Positions 28,972 through 38,490 of a stretch of 64,000 bases of DNA are shown here, one piece after another. This DNA comes from Bacteroidales bacterium (lineage in GTDB: Bacteria; Bacteroidota; Bacteroidia; Bacteroidales; UBA3824): contig JAKSUC010000004.1 in assembly GCA_024413595.1 (NCBI GenBank), forward strand, positions 10,555 through 74,554, read 5' to 3'. Each line of letters opens with the position of its first letter. Position 1 is the first letter of the stretch. The notes beneath the pieces were generated by a model. It was given only the letters and a program-made list of their open reading frames with translations, had not been told where the DNA came from and made no database searches. Both the position numbers and the translations under genes were made by a program.

Positions 28972-30456
28972 ATGTTAAAAATCATGAAAAAATATATACT
29001 AACAATATCAGCAGTAATGAGTGCATTAACATTATTTGCTCAAAGCGAAGATGATGCTTTAATGTTTTCTCAAACATATCAACAAGGAACAGCTCGTTCA
29101 GCAGCAATGGGTGGTGCTTTTGGAGCCTTAGGTGGCGATTTATCAGTATTAGCTACAAATCCAGCAGGTATGAGTATTTATAAAGATGGTGAATTTTCTT
29201 TTACTCCTGTTTTTTCAAATACTTCAACAAATAATACTTTAAATGGATTTGAATCAACAGATGATAAATTCTCATTTAAATTTAGTAATATAGGTTTTGT
29301 TTTGTCAACTCATAATGGCAGTGAAGATGGATTTTCTGGTTTTGCAATTGGTATGACCTATAATCATCTTTATGATTTGGGTGCAAACAATATTGTTAAT
29401 GGTCGTAACGATAATAGTTCTATGATAGATTTGTGGACAAATCGTTCACAAGGTGTTACAGTTGATGATTTAAATGGTTTTTCTGATTATTTAGCTTGGG
29501 ATTGTTATTTAATGGATACCATTGGTGGTGGTCAATATATTTATAAAAATGTTCACCAAAGAAATGGTAGTTATGGAGAATATCAAAAATATGTTTCTAG
29601 CACTAAAGGTGGTATAAACACATGGGATTTTGCAATGTCTGGCGTTTTTGCCGAAAAATTATATTTTGGAGCTAGCTTGGGTATTCAATCAGTTAACTTT
29701 AAAAAGACTTCAACATATTCTGAAGACGATAAAAATGATGTTGTTGATTATGAATATTGGGATTTTAAAGAAAATCAAAAAACCAAAGGATGTGGCGCAA
29801 ATTTAAAAGTTGGTGTAATTTACAAACCAGTTAATTTTTTAAGATTTGGCGCAGCTATTCATACTCCAACATTCTATCAATTAACTGATAAATATTATTC
29901 TTCAATGAGTAGTTGTTTTGATGAGGATGTTGATGTTAATGGAAATAATAATCATAATTTTTCAAGTATTTCTACAGATAATGACTATGAATATCGTTTA
30001 TTAACACCTTTAAAAGCTATATTAAGTGGCGCTTTTATTGTTCCAAATTATGGATTAATTAGTGTTGATTATGAATATGTCGATTATACAAAATGTAAAT
30101 TTGAATCTAACGAATATGATAATTATGATTTTGAATATGAAAATAAAGCAATCAAAGACAAATTTAAAGCAACAAAGAATTTAAGATTTGGAGCTGAATA
30201 TTTAGTTGGTCCTGTTTCTGTTAGAGCTGGATACGCAATGTATGGAAATCCATATAAATTTGTCACAAAAGATATTCAACGTCAAATTATTAGCGGAGGT
30301 ATAGGATATAAAGGAGAATCATTTTATTTTGATTTAACAGGAACATATCATATTTATCAATCAGATAAATACTTATACGAAGGTTCAAACCCTCAAACTT
30401 ATAGTTGTGATAATAATAGTTTATATATAATTACTACATTTGGATTTAAATTTTAA
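28972..30456 (+). CDS. Outer-membrane beta-barrel protein, FadL/OmpP1-like or PorV-like
   Basis: Signal peptide (alternative start ATG 28984, MKKYILT...). GTARSAAMGGAFGALGGDLSVLATNPAGM is the N-terminal motif shared by FadL/PorV-type barrels. C-terminal ...TTFGFKF ends in Phe. Confidence 0.65.
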   Translation: MLKIMKKYILTISAVMSALTLFAQSEDDALMFSQTYQQGTARSAAMGGAFGALGGDLSVLATNPAGMSIYKDGEFSFTPVFSNTSTNNTLNGFESTDDKFSFKFSNIGFVLSTHNGSEDGFSGFAIGMTYNHLYDLGANNIVNGRNDNSSMIDLWTNRSQGVTVDDLNGFSDYLAWDCYLMDTIGGGQYIYKNVHQRNGSYGEYQKYVSSTKGGINTWDFAMSGVFAEKLYFGASLGIQSVNFKKTSTYSEDDKNDVVDYEYWDFKENQKTKGCGANLKVGVIYKPVNFLRFGAAIHTPTFYQLTDKYYSSMSSCFDEDVDVNGNNNHNFSSISTDNDYEYRLLTPLKAILSGAFIVPNYGLISVDYEYVDYTKCKFESNEYDNYDFEYENKAIKDKFKATKNLRFGAEYLVGPVSVRAGYAMYGNPYKFVTKDIQRQIISGGIGYKGESFYFDLTGTYHIYQSDKYLYEGSNPQTYSCDNNSLYIITTFGFKF

Positions 30457-30475
30457 ATAAAAGTTTATTAAAAAA

Positions 30476-30508
30476 AGAGGTTGTTAATAAAACAACCTCT
30501 TTTTTTTT
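30476..30508 (+). terminator. Rho-independent terminator
   Basis: AGAGGTTGTT-AATAA-AACAACCTCT perfect 10-bp stem plus T8. Confidence 0.85.
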
Positions 30509-30641
30509 ATTTATATGGCAAACCTTTTGCAAAAAAAAATTGTAATTTACAATTTTTTATCGTAATTTTATGGTGTTATGTTTTTGCAATTTTGGTAAAA
30601 ATATAATTAGTTATATATAAATTAGTTAATCCCTTTTAGCG

Positions 30642-32954
30642 ATGAAAATTAAAGTACAATCTAAACTGATAATATATATATTATTAACTGCATTAGTAAT
30701 ATTTTTGTCATTAATATTGTATTTTTCTTATGGATATTCCAAAGAAAACGAACAAAATATTAAAACAGCATTAAAAGAATCTGTAATAAATTCTTCTTTG
30801 AAAATTCAAGGACAATTTAATTCTCAAATCTGTGCATTAAGAACTATTGCAAATTCTATTTCTGGAACAAATATTATTGACGAAAAACAACGTTTTGAAA
30901 TATACAAAGAATCAATAAATAGATTTTTAGAAGATAACCCAATTTTTGACAATGTTAAAATTTCATGGGAATTATTTTATATAGATCCATCTTGGCAAAA
31001 ATCTTTTGGTCGTAAGGTATATAATTTTCAACGAGGTGATGGTAGTTTAGTTTATTCTGTTTCTGATCAAAACAAAGAAGGTGATGATTTTTCAAGTCCT
31101 TATTATAAGGTAAAAGTTACTCAAAACGAATTTATTACTGGTATTGAATTAGAAAATTCAGATAATTTAAATTCTAATGCTGTATATAAATTAACAATTT
31201 ATATTCCTATAAACGATTCAGACGATAATTTTTGTGCTTTTGTTTCTGCAGATATTGCTGTTGATAATTTTACTAATTATGTTAAAAATTCACTTAGATA
31301 TGAAAGTTTTGCAACTGTTTTGCTAACCGATTTAGGTCAAATTGCTGGAGCTTCTCTTAGTATAGATGATTCTCAATCTGATATAGTTAAAATTATATAT
31401 CAATCTTCTTTAGATATTAAAGCGGAAATCGACTCTTTAGGTTTTTCTATGTATAATGTGTCAGATTCTTTAAATCGTAAATTTACAGTCTGTGGAGTTA
31501 GTGTAGACAATTCTATTTTTTCAAATAATTGGATATTGGTTTCTGCAATACCTTATAGTATTATCAATTCTGCAAATAAATCAAATTTAATTGTTGAAAT
31601 TTTTATAGTTATTTTAGGGTTGATTGTATTGGGAATTGTTGTATTTTTAATCACGTCAAAAGTTGTTGCCTTTTTAACCCAAACAGCTAAAATATTAAAA
31701 AAATTGTCTGCAGGTAATTTTAATTCTATTCCTGATATAGAAATTGGATCATTTGATGAACTTTCAAATATTGCATCTTCTTTAAATAATTTAAAATCGG
31801 GATTAGGTAGAGCTGTTGGATTTGCAGAAGAAATTGGTAAAAGTAATTTTAATGCTAATTTTACTCCTTTGAGTAAAAACGATGAATTAGGTCTTTCGCT
31901 TTTAAGAATGCGTGATAGTTTAAATTTAGCTTCTCAAGAAGACGCTAAACGTAAAGAAATGGATCGTAAGCAAAATTGGATTACTGAAGGTAGTGCAAAA
32001 TTTGGAGACATTTTGCGTCAATATAATAATGATATGTCTGATTTTTCTTTTAATATCATTAGCAATCTTGTAAAATATATTGGTGCTAATCAAGGTGGTC
32101 TATTTGTTATTAATGATGACGATAAAGACAATATTTATTTTGAATTAACTGCCGGATATGCTTATAATATTCGTAAAATTCTAAAGAAAAATGTTCAACC
32201 TGGTGTTGGTTTAGTTGGTCGTTGTATTTTAGAAGCTGAAAGTATTTATATCAATAATCTTCCTGAAGATTACATTAATATTTCTTCTGGACTTGGTGAA
32301 AAAAGTCCTAGCAATTTATTAATAGTTCCTTTTAAATTTAATAATGAAATTTATGCTGTGGCTGAAATTGCTTCTTTTAAAACTATCGAAGAATATAAAA
32401 GACAATTTATTGAAGAGGTTGGGCATAGTATTGCTTCTACTATTGCTACTGTTAAAATTAATGTTAGAACTAACAAATTATTGAATGAATTAAAAATTCA
32501 AAGAGAAGAATTGGTTTCTCAAGAAGAAGAAATGCGTCAAAATATGGAAGCTATGAAGTTTACTCAAGAAGATATGTTGAAAAAAACTGAAGAATATGAA
32601 CAAACTTCTGATGTTTTAAATCAGCTTATTATGGTTGTTTCATACACTCCTGAAGGTAAAGTTATTGATGTGAATAGTAAAGCTCTTGAATTATTTTTAA
32701 AACCTAAATCTAGTTTTGTTGAAAATGGTGAAGAACTTTATCAAACTATTTCGGAATCTGAACGTACTGAAACTGATGATTTTTGGTTGCAAATTCGTTT
32801 AGGTCGTCAAAAAGTTGTTAAAAAAGAGATTAAAATTAATGATGTTCATTATAATATTGTTGAAAGTTATAATCCTGTTCAAAATTATTATGGTAAAATT
32901 TATAAAGTTATTTGTTTAATCACTAATCTTGAAATTATTTCTATTATTTCTTAA
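30642..32954 (+). CDS. Membrane sensor: extracytoplasmic (Cache-like) domain, HAMP, GAF, coiled coil, PAS-like; no recognisable output domain
   Basis: 770 aa with TM1 and TM2 flanking a ~290-aa loop. HAMP-like KILKKLSAGNFNS...FDELSNIASSLNNL. GAF-like GGLFVIN...VGLVGRCILEAESIYINN...LLIVPFKFNNEIYAVAEIASF. Confidence 0.7.
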   Translation: MKIKVQSKLIIYILLTALVIFLSLILYFSYGYSKENEQNIKTALKESVINSSLKIQGQFNSQICALRTIANSISGTNIIDEKQRFEIYKESINRFLEDNPIFDNVKISWELFYIDPSWQKSFGRKVYNFQRGDGSLVYSVSDQNKEGDDFSSPYYKVKVTQNEFITGIELENSDNLNSNAVYKLTIYIPINDSDDNFCAFVSADIAVDNFTNYVKNSLRYESFATVLLTDLGQIAGASLSIDDSQSDIVKIIYQSSLDIKAEIDSLGFSMYNVSDSLNRKFTVCGVSVDNSIFSNNWILVSAIPYSIINSANKSNLIVEIFIVILGLIVLGIVVFLITSKVVAFLTQTAKILKKLSAGNFNSIPDIEIGSFDELSNIASSLNNLKSGLGRAVGFAEEIGKSNFNANFTPLSKNDELGLSLLRMRDSLNLASQEDAKRKEMDRKQNWITEGSAKFGDILRQYNNDMSDFSFNIISNLVKYIGANQGGLFVINDDDKDNIYFELTAGYAYNIRKILKKNVQPGVGLVGRCILEAESIYINNLPEDYINISSGLGEKSPSNLLIVPFKFNNEIYAVAEIASFKTIEEYKRQFIEEVGHSIASTIATVKINVRTNKLLNELKIQREELVSQEEEMRQNMEAMKFTQEDMLKKTEEYEQTSDVLNQLIMVVSYTPEGKVIDVNSKALELFLKPKSSFVENGEELYQTISESERTETDDFWLQIRLGRQKVVKKEIKINDVHYNIVESYNPVQNYYGKIYKVICLITNLEIISIIS

Positions 32955-32966
32955 TGCGTAATTTTT

Positions 32967-33845
32967 ATGAGCAATTTGCTTGTTAATATTACTTTGATAA
33001 TTATAATGCTGGGAATAGGCATGTCTTTGTCTTTTAATGATTTTAAAAATATTTTTATTTTTCCTAAAAATATTTTTATTGGATTTTGTAGTCAAATTTT
33101 GCTTTTGCCTTTATTAGCATTTTCTATTGCTTTTTTGGCTCCTATTGAACCTTTACAAAAACTTGGAATTGTTTTAATTGCTTTTTGTCCTGTGGGGACA
33201 ACTAGTAATATTTTAATTCATTTGTTTAAAGGAAATACGGCTTTATCTATTTCTATGACTATTGTTAATAGCATTTTAAGTCCTTTTATTATTCCTATTT
33301 TTATTTCAATTGCTACTAGTTTGTTTTGTAGTAAAGCCGAAAATGTTAATATTTCTTTTTGGGAAAGCATAATTCATATATTTTTTATGGTAATTTTACC
33401 TGCTTTTTGTGGCGTTTTATTAAATCATTTTTTTCCTAAAATAGTCAACAGTTGTCAAAAGATTTTAAAATTCTTGCTTCCTTTACTATTACTTGTTGTA
33501 TTTAGTATTAAAATTTTTATTGGAGATGATAATTCAATTTGTTCTCCTATAACTTTGCATGAAGCAATTATAGTTGCTCCTTTTGTAATTTTATTAAATA
33601 TTTTAGGAATGTATGGCGGTTTTTTTATTTCAAAAATATTTTGTTTAGAAAAACCATCACAATTAACTGTTGCCATTGAAACAGGACTTCAAAATACAGC
33701 TTTAGCATTGTCTATTTCTGCAATTTTAACAGGAGGTTGTATTATAGAAAAGCCTATTTTGGTTTATGCTATGACAACTTTTTTTACTGCAGTGATTTTT
33801 TTATTAATTCATTCTGGATTAAAATTGAAAGATATTTTTAAATAA
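32967..33845 (+). CDS. Bile acid:sodium symporter (BASS/SBF) family transporter
   Basis: 292 aa, ~9 TM. IMLGIGMSLSFNDFKN and AFCPVGTTSN are typical BASS motifs. Confidence 0.8.
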   Translation: MSNLLVNITLIIIMLGIGMSLSFNDFKNIFIFPKNIFIGFCSQILLLPLLAFSIAFLAPIEPLQKLGIVLIAFCPVGTTSNILIHLFKGNTALSISMTIVNSILSPFIIPIFISIATSLFCSKAENVNISFWESIIHIFFMVILPAFCGVLLNHFFPKIVNSCQKILKFLLPLLLLVVFSIKIFIGDDNSICSPITLHEAIIVAPFVILLNILGMYGGFFISKIFCLEKPSQLTVAIETGLQNTALALSISAILTGGCIIEKPILVYAMTTFFTAVIFLLIHSGLKLKDIFK

Positions 33846-33856
33846 TATATTTTATA

Positions 33857-34660
33857 TTGAATATTATGTCAAATTTAGATTTTAAAAACAAAAAAGTATG
33901 GATAACAGGTGCTTCATCTGGTATAGGTGAAGCTTTAGCATATAAATTTTCTGAATTAGGCGCTTTTTTAATTATTTCATCTCGAAGAGAAAATGAATTA
34001 TTAAGGGTTAAAAATGCTTGCAAAAATCCTGAGAATGTCGAAATTGTTCCTCTTGATTTAGAAAAATATGAACAAATAGCTGATATTGTTAATCCAATTT
34101 TGCAAAAAATTGGCAATGTTGATATTTTAATAAATAATGGAGGTGCTAGTCAAAGAGCTTTGGTGGTTGATGAGGATCTTGATGTTATTGTTAGAATGAT
34201 GAAAATCAATTTTATGGGAGCTGCTGCTTTAACAAAAGTTGTTTTGCCTGGTATGATTTCTCAAAAATTTGGTCATATAGTTTGTATGAGTAGTTTAGCT
34301 GGTAAATTTGGTATTCCTCTTCGTTCGGGATATGCAGCTGCTAAACATGCTCTTCATGGATTTTTTGAAACTCTAAGAGCTGAAAATTATGATAATGGAA
34401 TTAGAGTTATGATGGTTTGTCCTGGATATATTAATACTAATGTTGCTTTAAATGCTTTAAATGCTGACGGTTCAAAACGTAATATTAATGATAAGGGACA
34501 AGAACAAGGTTTAGATCCTGCTGTTTTGGCTGAAAAAATTATAAAGGGTATCAAAAAAGAAAAACTTGAAATAACAGCTGGTGGTGGTGAAACTAATGGT
34601 ATTTGGGTTAGCAGATTTTTCCCTAATTTATTTGCTAAAATTATTAGAAAAAAGAAGTAA
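33857..34660 (+). CDS. Short-chain dehydrogenase/reductase (SDR) family oxidoreductase
   Basis: ITGASSGIGEALA (TGxxxGxG), NNGG, YAAAKHAL (YxxxK). Confidence 0.9.
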   Translation: MNIMSNLDFKNKKVWITGASSGIGEALAYKFSELGAFLIISSRRENELLRVKNACKNPENVEIVPLDLEKYEQIADIVNPILQKIGNVDILINNGGASQRALVVDEDLDVIVRMMKINFMGAAALTKVVLPGMISQKFGHIVCMSSLAGKFGIPLRSGYAAAKHALHGFFETLRAENYDNGIRVMMVCPGYINTNVALNALNADGSKRNINDKGQEQGLDPAVLAEKIIKGIKKEKLEITAGGGETNGIWVSRFFPNLFAKIIRKKK

Positions 34661-34679
34661 TTTTAAATGTCAGTTTATA

Positions 34680-34710
34680 AAAAATCCCTTGTTGTTGCAA
34701 GGGATTTTTT
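34680..34710. terminator. Bidirectional terminator between convergent SDR and dnaA genes
   Basis: AAAAATCCCTTG...CAAGGGATTTTT, with an A-run on one side and a T-run on the other. Confidence 0.75.
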
Positions 34711-34714
34711 ATTA

Positions 34715-36223
34715 TTAGTAATTATTATTAGCAAATTTTAGTTTTGTTTCAATTTCGTCGTAAATAGCTTTCAACTGTTTATCAGTTTGAAGTAAATCTT
34801 CAATAGTTTTACAAGCATGTAAAACTGTTGAATGATCTCTATTTCCAATTTGCATACCGATTACAGCAAGAGAATTTGTAGTTAACGTTTTTGCAAAATA
34901 CATTGCCAATTGTCGAGCTTGAACAATTTCACGTTTTCTACTTTTTGTATTTAAAATTTCAGGTGTCATTTTAAAATAATTGCAAACCACTTTTAATATA
35001 TAATCTAAAGAAAATTCGTTTTTAGGTTTACGAACCACTTTTTCCATTATACTTTTTGTAAGTTCAAGTGTTATTTCTTTTCTATTAAGAGTACTTTGTG
35101 CAAGAAGTGAAATTAATGCACCTTCTAATTCTCTAACATTTGAAATAACATTTTCAGCAATATATTCTAAAACGTCTTCTGGTATATTTATACCATCATT
35201 ATAAGCTTTTTGACGAAGAATATTTAATCGTGTTTCAAAATCAGGAACAGTGATTTCTGCAACAAGTCCCCATCTAAAACGACTTAATAATCTTTTAGAT
35301 AATCCTTTTAATTCTGAAGGATTTTTGTCACAAGTTAAAATAATTTGTTTGCCGTTTTGTTGAAGTTGGTTAAAAATATGGAAAAATGTATCTTGAGTAC
35401 TTTGTTTTCCTGCAAATTCTTGTACGTCGTCTATAATTAAAACGTCAAGAATTTGATAAAAATGAATAAAATCATTTCTATTGTTACTTCTAACAGCATC
35501 ACAATATTGAGTTTGAAATTTATTTGCAGAAACATATAACACTAATTTTTCAGGGTGCATATTTTTTATGCTATTTCCAATAGCTTGAGCCAAATGTGTT
35601 TTCCCTAATCCACTATCTCCATGAATTAATAATGGATTAAATGGAGTTTTGCTCAATTGATTAACAATTGCTTCTGCTGCGCTTCGTCCCAAGCGGTTAC
35701 ATTCTCCTTCAATAAAATTATCTATTGTATAGTTTGGATTTAGTTGTGGATTTATATTTATTTTTTTTATTCCTGGAATTATAAATGGATTTCTAATTGT
35801 TGGTTCTTGTTGATTTTGTGGTGATTGTACGTTGAATGTTTTTGGATTATTGTTTATGTTGTTATTAATATTATTAAAAGTGTGTCTTGTATTTGATGGA
35901 TTTGTTCCTGGCAACAACATGGAACCTTGTTGAGAATTATTGTTTTGAGCAAAATTATTTTTTCTACCACTATCAACAACAACTCTGTATGCTAATTTTG
36001 CATTTTGACCCATTGTTCTTTTTAAGGTAGAACTCAAAATATCTATATATTGAGCTTCAATATATTCGTGAAAGAAAGGTGATGGAACTTGAATAGTTAA
36101 TAAATTATTATCAATATTCAAGGGAATAATTGGCAAAAACCATGTTTTATAGCTTTGCGCAGGAATATTATCCTTGATTATTGCTAAACATTCATTCCAT
36201 ATTTCTTTTGCCGAAGTTTCCAT
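34715..36223 (-). CDS. dnaA: Chromosomal replication initiator protein DnaA
   Basis: GDSGLGKTHLAQAIGN (Walker A), LIIDDVQEF (Walker B), C-terminal DNA-binding DHSTVLHACKTI. Asn/Gln-rich domain II linker. Confidence 0.95.
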   Translation of the reverse strand: METSAKEIWNECLAIIKDNIPAQSYKTWFLPIIPLNIDNNLLTIQVPSPFFHEYIEAQYIDILSSTLKRTMGQNAKLAYRVVVDSGRKNNFAQNNNSQQGSMLLPGTNPSNTRHTFNNINNNINNNPKTFNVQSPQNQQEPTIRNPFIIPGIKKININPQLNPNYTIDNFIEGECNRLGRSAAEAIVNQLSKTPFNPLLIHGDSGLGKTHLAQAIGNSIKNMHPEKLVLYVSANKFQTQYCDAVRSNNRNDFIHFYQILDVLIIDDVQEFAGKQSTQDTFFHIFNQLQQNGKQIILTCDKNPSELKGLSKRLLSRFRWGLVAEITVPDFETRLNILRQKAYNDGINIPEDVLEYIAENVISNVRELEGALISLLAQSTLNRKEITLELTKSIMEKVVRKPKNEFSLDYILKVVCNYFKMTPEILNTKSRKREIVQARQLAMYFAKTLTTNSLAVIGMQIGNRDHSTVLHACKTIEDLLQTDKQLKAIYDEIETKLKFANNNY

Positions 36224-36386
36224 TATATTTCTTTTTGTTTTTGGTACGTACGTTTTATAATCCTATTTCGCTGTAAAGTTTGATAAAATTTTCGAGAAAA
36301 CAAAATCTATTTTTAATTGTTTTTTCTTTTATTTTATTATTTTTTTAATTATCAACGATTTAGTTATGAAAAAAAAATTAAAAAAA

Positions 36387-36504
36387 ATAACTTGTTGATT
36401 TTCAATGCTAAAAAACTAAATTGTTGTTAATAACTTGTTTACAACTTAATTTTTTTAGTTTTTTTGTGTGTAAAGTATTATATCTGTTAATAACTTGTTA
36501 ATAA
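36387..36504. promoter_or_regulatory. Cluster of repeated AATAACTTGTT / TGTTAATAA motifs upstream of dnaA (degenerate DnaA-box candidates)
   Basis: TGTTAATAACTTGTT occurs at 36425-36439 and 36485-36499, AATAACTTGTT at 36387-36397, and an extra TGTTAATAA at 36496-36504. TGTTAATAA matches TGTGGATAA at 7 of 9 positions. Confidence 0.35.
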
Positions 36505-36619
36505 TGCTTTATTTTTATGTTTCGTTAGTTTTTTATTATCAAAACATTATTGCTTATATGAGTGAAATTTGTATTTTATATTTGTAAAAACTATAAAAAA
36601 ATATAAGATTTGATTTTCT

Positions 36620-37111
36620 TTATCGATTTAACTCGCATATTTCTAAATCTTTTATTTCTTTGCCATCGATTTTTAATCTTATTGCTGTTTTTTTAGGTTG
36701 TATTCCATATTGTCCTGCTGCTCCTGGATTTATTACTAATGTGTCGTATTTTTTATCGTACATTACTCGTAATATGTGGCTATGTCCGCATATAAATATT
36801 TGTGGAGGATTGCTTTCTAATATTTTTTTTGACTTTTGACTATATTTTCCCGGAAATCCTCCTATATGTGTTAAATATATTTCTACTTCTTCTATTTTAA
36901 ATCGTTGTTCTAATGGATATTGAAGTTTTGTGTTATAATCATCAATATTTCCACTTACTGCTATTAATTTTTTAAATTTTGATAATTTATCTGCTATTTC
37001 TAATGATCCTATGTCGCCTGCATGAATTATTAAATCACATGGTTCAAAAAAATCTAAAAATTTTGGATCTAAATAATTATGTGTGTCTGATATTATTCCT
37101 ATTTTTTTCAT
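36620..37111 (-). CDS. YfcE/MJ0936-family metallophosphoesterase
   Basis: ISDTHN, HAGD, GNID and GHSH motifs; 163 aa. Confidence 0.85.
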   Translation of the reverse strand: MKKIGIISDTHNYLDPKFLDFFEPCDLIIHAGDIGSLEIADKLSKFKKLIAVSGNIDDYNTKLQYPLEQRFKIEEVEIYLTHIGGFPGKYSQKSKKILESNPPQIFICGHSHILRVMYDKKYDTLVINPGAAGQYGIQPKKTAIRLKIDGKEIKDLEICELNR

Positions 37112-38490
37112 TAATTGTATTTTTTAGTGATTTTTGATTCTGTTTTGCCATCTGAATATATTGTGGTTATGGTATCGCCTTCTTGGAGTTGACTTGTGGA
37201 TTTGATTATTTGATTGTTTATTTTTGTATATGAGTAGCCTTTTTTTAATATATTTTGTGGATTGTTTAATTTTATTGTATTTTCGGTTTTGTCGATTTCA
37301 AAATTTTTTTCTGTTATTTTGTTTTTAATGTTTGATATTGTTTTGGTGGCTATGTTATTTGTTTGGTTTTGTTTGTCTTTTATTTTTTGGGTAGATTTAT
37401 ATGTGATGTTCTGTATTGTGTCTTTTAGTTTGGTATTTTTAGTGTGAAATTTAAGTTTTATGTTGTTTGTTATTTGTTGTTTTAATTTGTCAATATTATT
37501 TTCTTTTCTTGTTGAAAAATTACTTAAAATATATTGAATTTTATTAACTATTTGAGTATGTTTGTTTTGTGATATTTCTATTTTGTTTTTAATGCAATCT
37601 TGAATATTTGTAATAGTTTTATTTACAAGATTTTCGCAATTACATGCTCTATCAATAATAAATTGAGCAACAGCAGTTGGTGTTTTTAAATGAGTGTTTG
37701 CTACTATGTCTGCTACTGATTCATCTCTGTCGTGTCCTATACCTGTGATTATCGGAATTGGAACTTGACATAAGTTTTGACAAAGAATATAATTATCAAA
37801 ACAATTTAAATCAGTTTTGCTTCCTCCTCCTCTTATTAAAGCAATGCAATCAAATATTTCACTTAGATTTGATATTCGTTCTAATTGATTAATTATTGAA
37901 TTTTCAGCATCTTTACCTTGAACAGTTGCTTCAAACAAATATGTGTTAAATTTATATCCGTATTGGTTATTGTTTAATTGATTAACAAAGTCGCCATATC
38001 CCGCGGCTCCTGCTGATGATATTACTGCTATATTTTTTATCAACATTGGAAGTTCTAGACTTTTGTTCATGTCTATAACTCCTTCGTTTTTAAGTTTTTC
38101 GATAGTTTTTTGTCGTTGTAATGCTAAATCTCCTATTGTATGTTCTGGATAAATTGCTGTAATATTTGCACTTAATCCATAAATTTCGTGAAAAGAAATT
38201 TGAGCATTAACCATTATTTTTAAACCTGCTTCTAGTTTTCGTCCTGTTGTGGTTTCAAAATATGGTTTTATTATTCTAAATACGTTTGACCAAATTGTTG
38301 CTTTTAATTGCGCAACTATTTGGTCGCCATTTTCTGATTTTTCTACTAAATCTAAATAAGCATGACCATTTAATCTTGCTGATATTGAATGAATTTCGGC
38401 TATTAATAATACTCCTTTTTGAAATCTTGTTGAGATTTCTTTTTTTATTAGTTGATTTAATTGTAATAATGTATAAGCCGATGTTTCCAT
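37111..38490 (-). CDS. xseA: Exodeoxyribonuclease VII large subunit
   Basis: N-terminal OB-fold region, central IALIRGGGS and GIGHDRDESVADIVA motifs, long coiled C-terminus. Confidence 0.9.
   Translation of the reverse strand: METSAYTLLQLNQLIKKEISTRFQKGVLLIAEIHSISARLNGHAYLDLVEKSENGDQIVAQLKATIWSNVFRIIKPYFETTTGRKLEAGLKIMVNAQISFHEIYGLSANITAIYPEHTIGDLALQRQKTIEKLKNEGVIDMNKSLELPMLIKNIAVISSAGAAGYGDFVNQLNNNQYGYKFNTYLFEATVQGKDAENSIINQLERISNLSEIFDCIALIRGGGSKTDLNCFDNYILCQNLCQVPIPIITGIGHDRDESVADIVANTHLKTPTAVAQFIIDRACNCENLVNKTITNIQDCIKNKIEISQNKHTQIVNKIQYILSNFSTRKENNIDKLKQQITNNIKLKFHTKNTKLKDTIQNITYKSTQKIKDKQNQTNNIATKTISNIKNKITEKNFEIDKTENTIKLNNPQNILKKGYSYTKINNQIIKSTSQLQEGDTITTIYSDGKTESKITKKYN

Noticed and set aside
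27778-28978. Long alternative-frame and antisense ORFs (27778..28059, 27824..28300, 28505..28978) within the repeat lipoprotein gene
   Set aside because: They are produced by the codon-repeat structure (AGT/CAT units lack stops in several frames). Only the frame with a lipobox signal peptide is biologically coherent.
33838-34116. Minus-strand 92-aa ORF overlapping the SDR gene
   Set aside because: It is fully antisense to a CDS with clear TGxxxGxG and YxxxK motifs.
34715-36223. Asn/Gln-rich insertion in DnaA (NNINNNINNNPKTFNVQSPQNQQ) as something unusual
   Set aside because: It corresponds to the variable domain II linker of DnaA. Low-complexity expansion there is common in AT-rich genomes.
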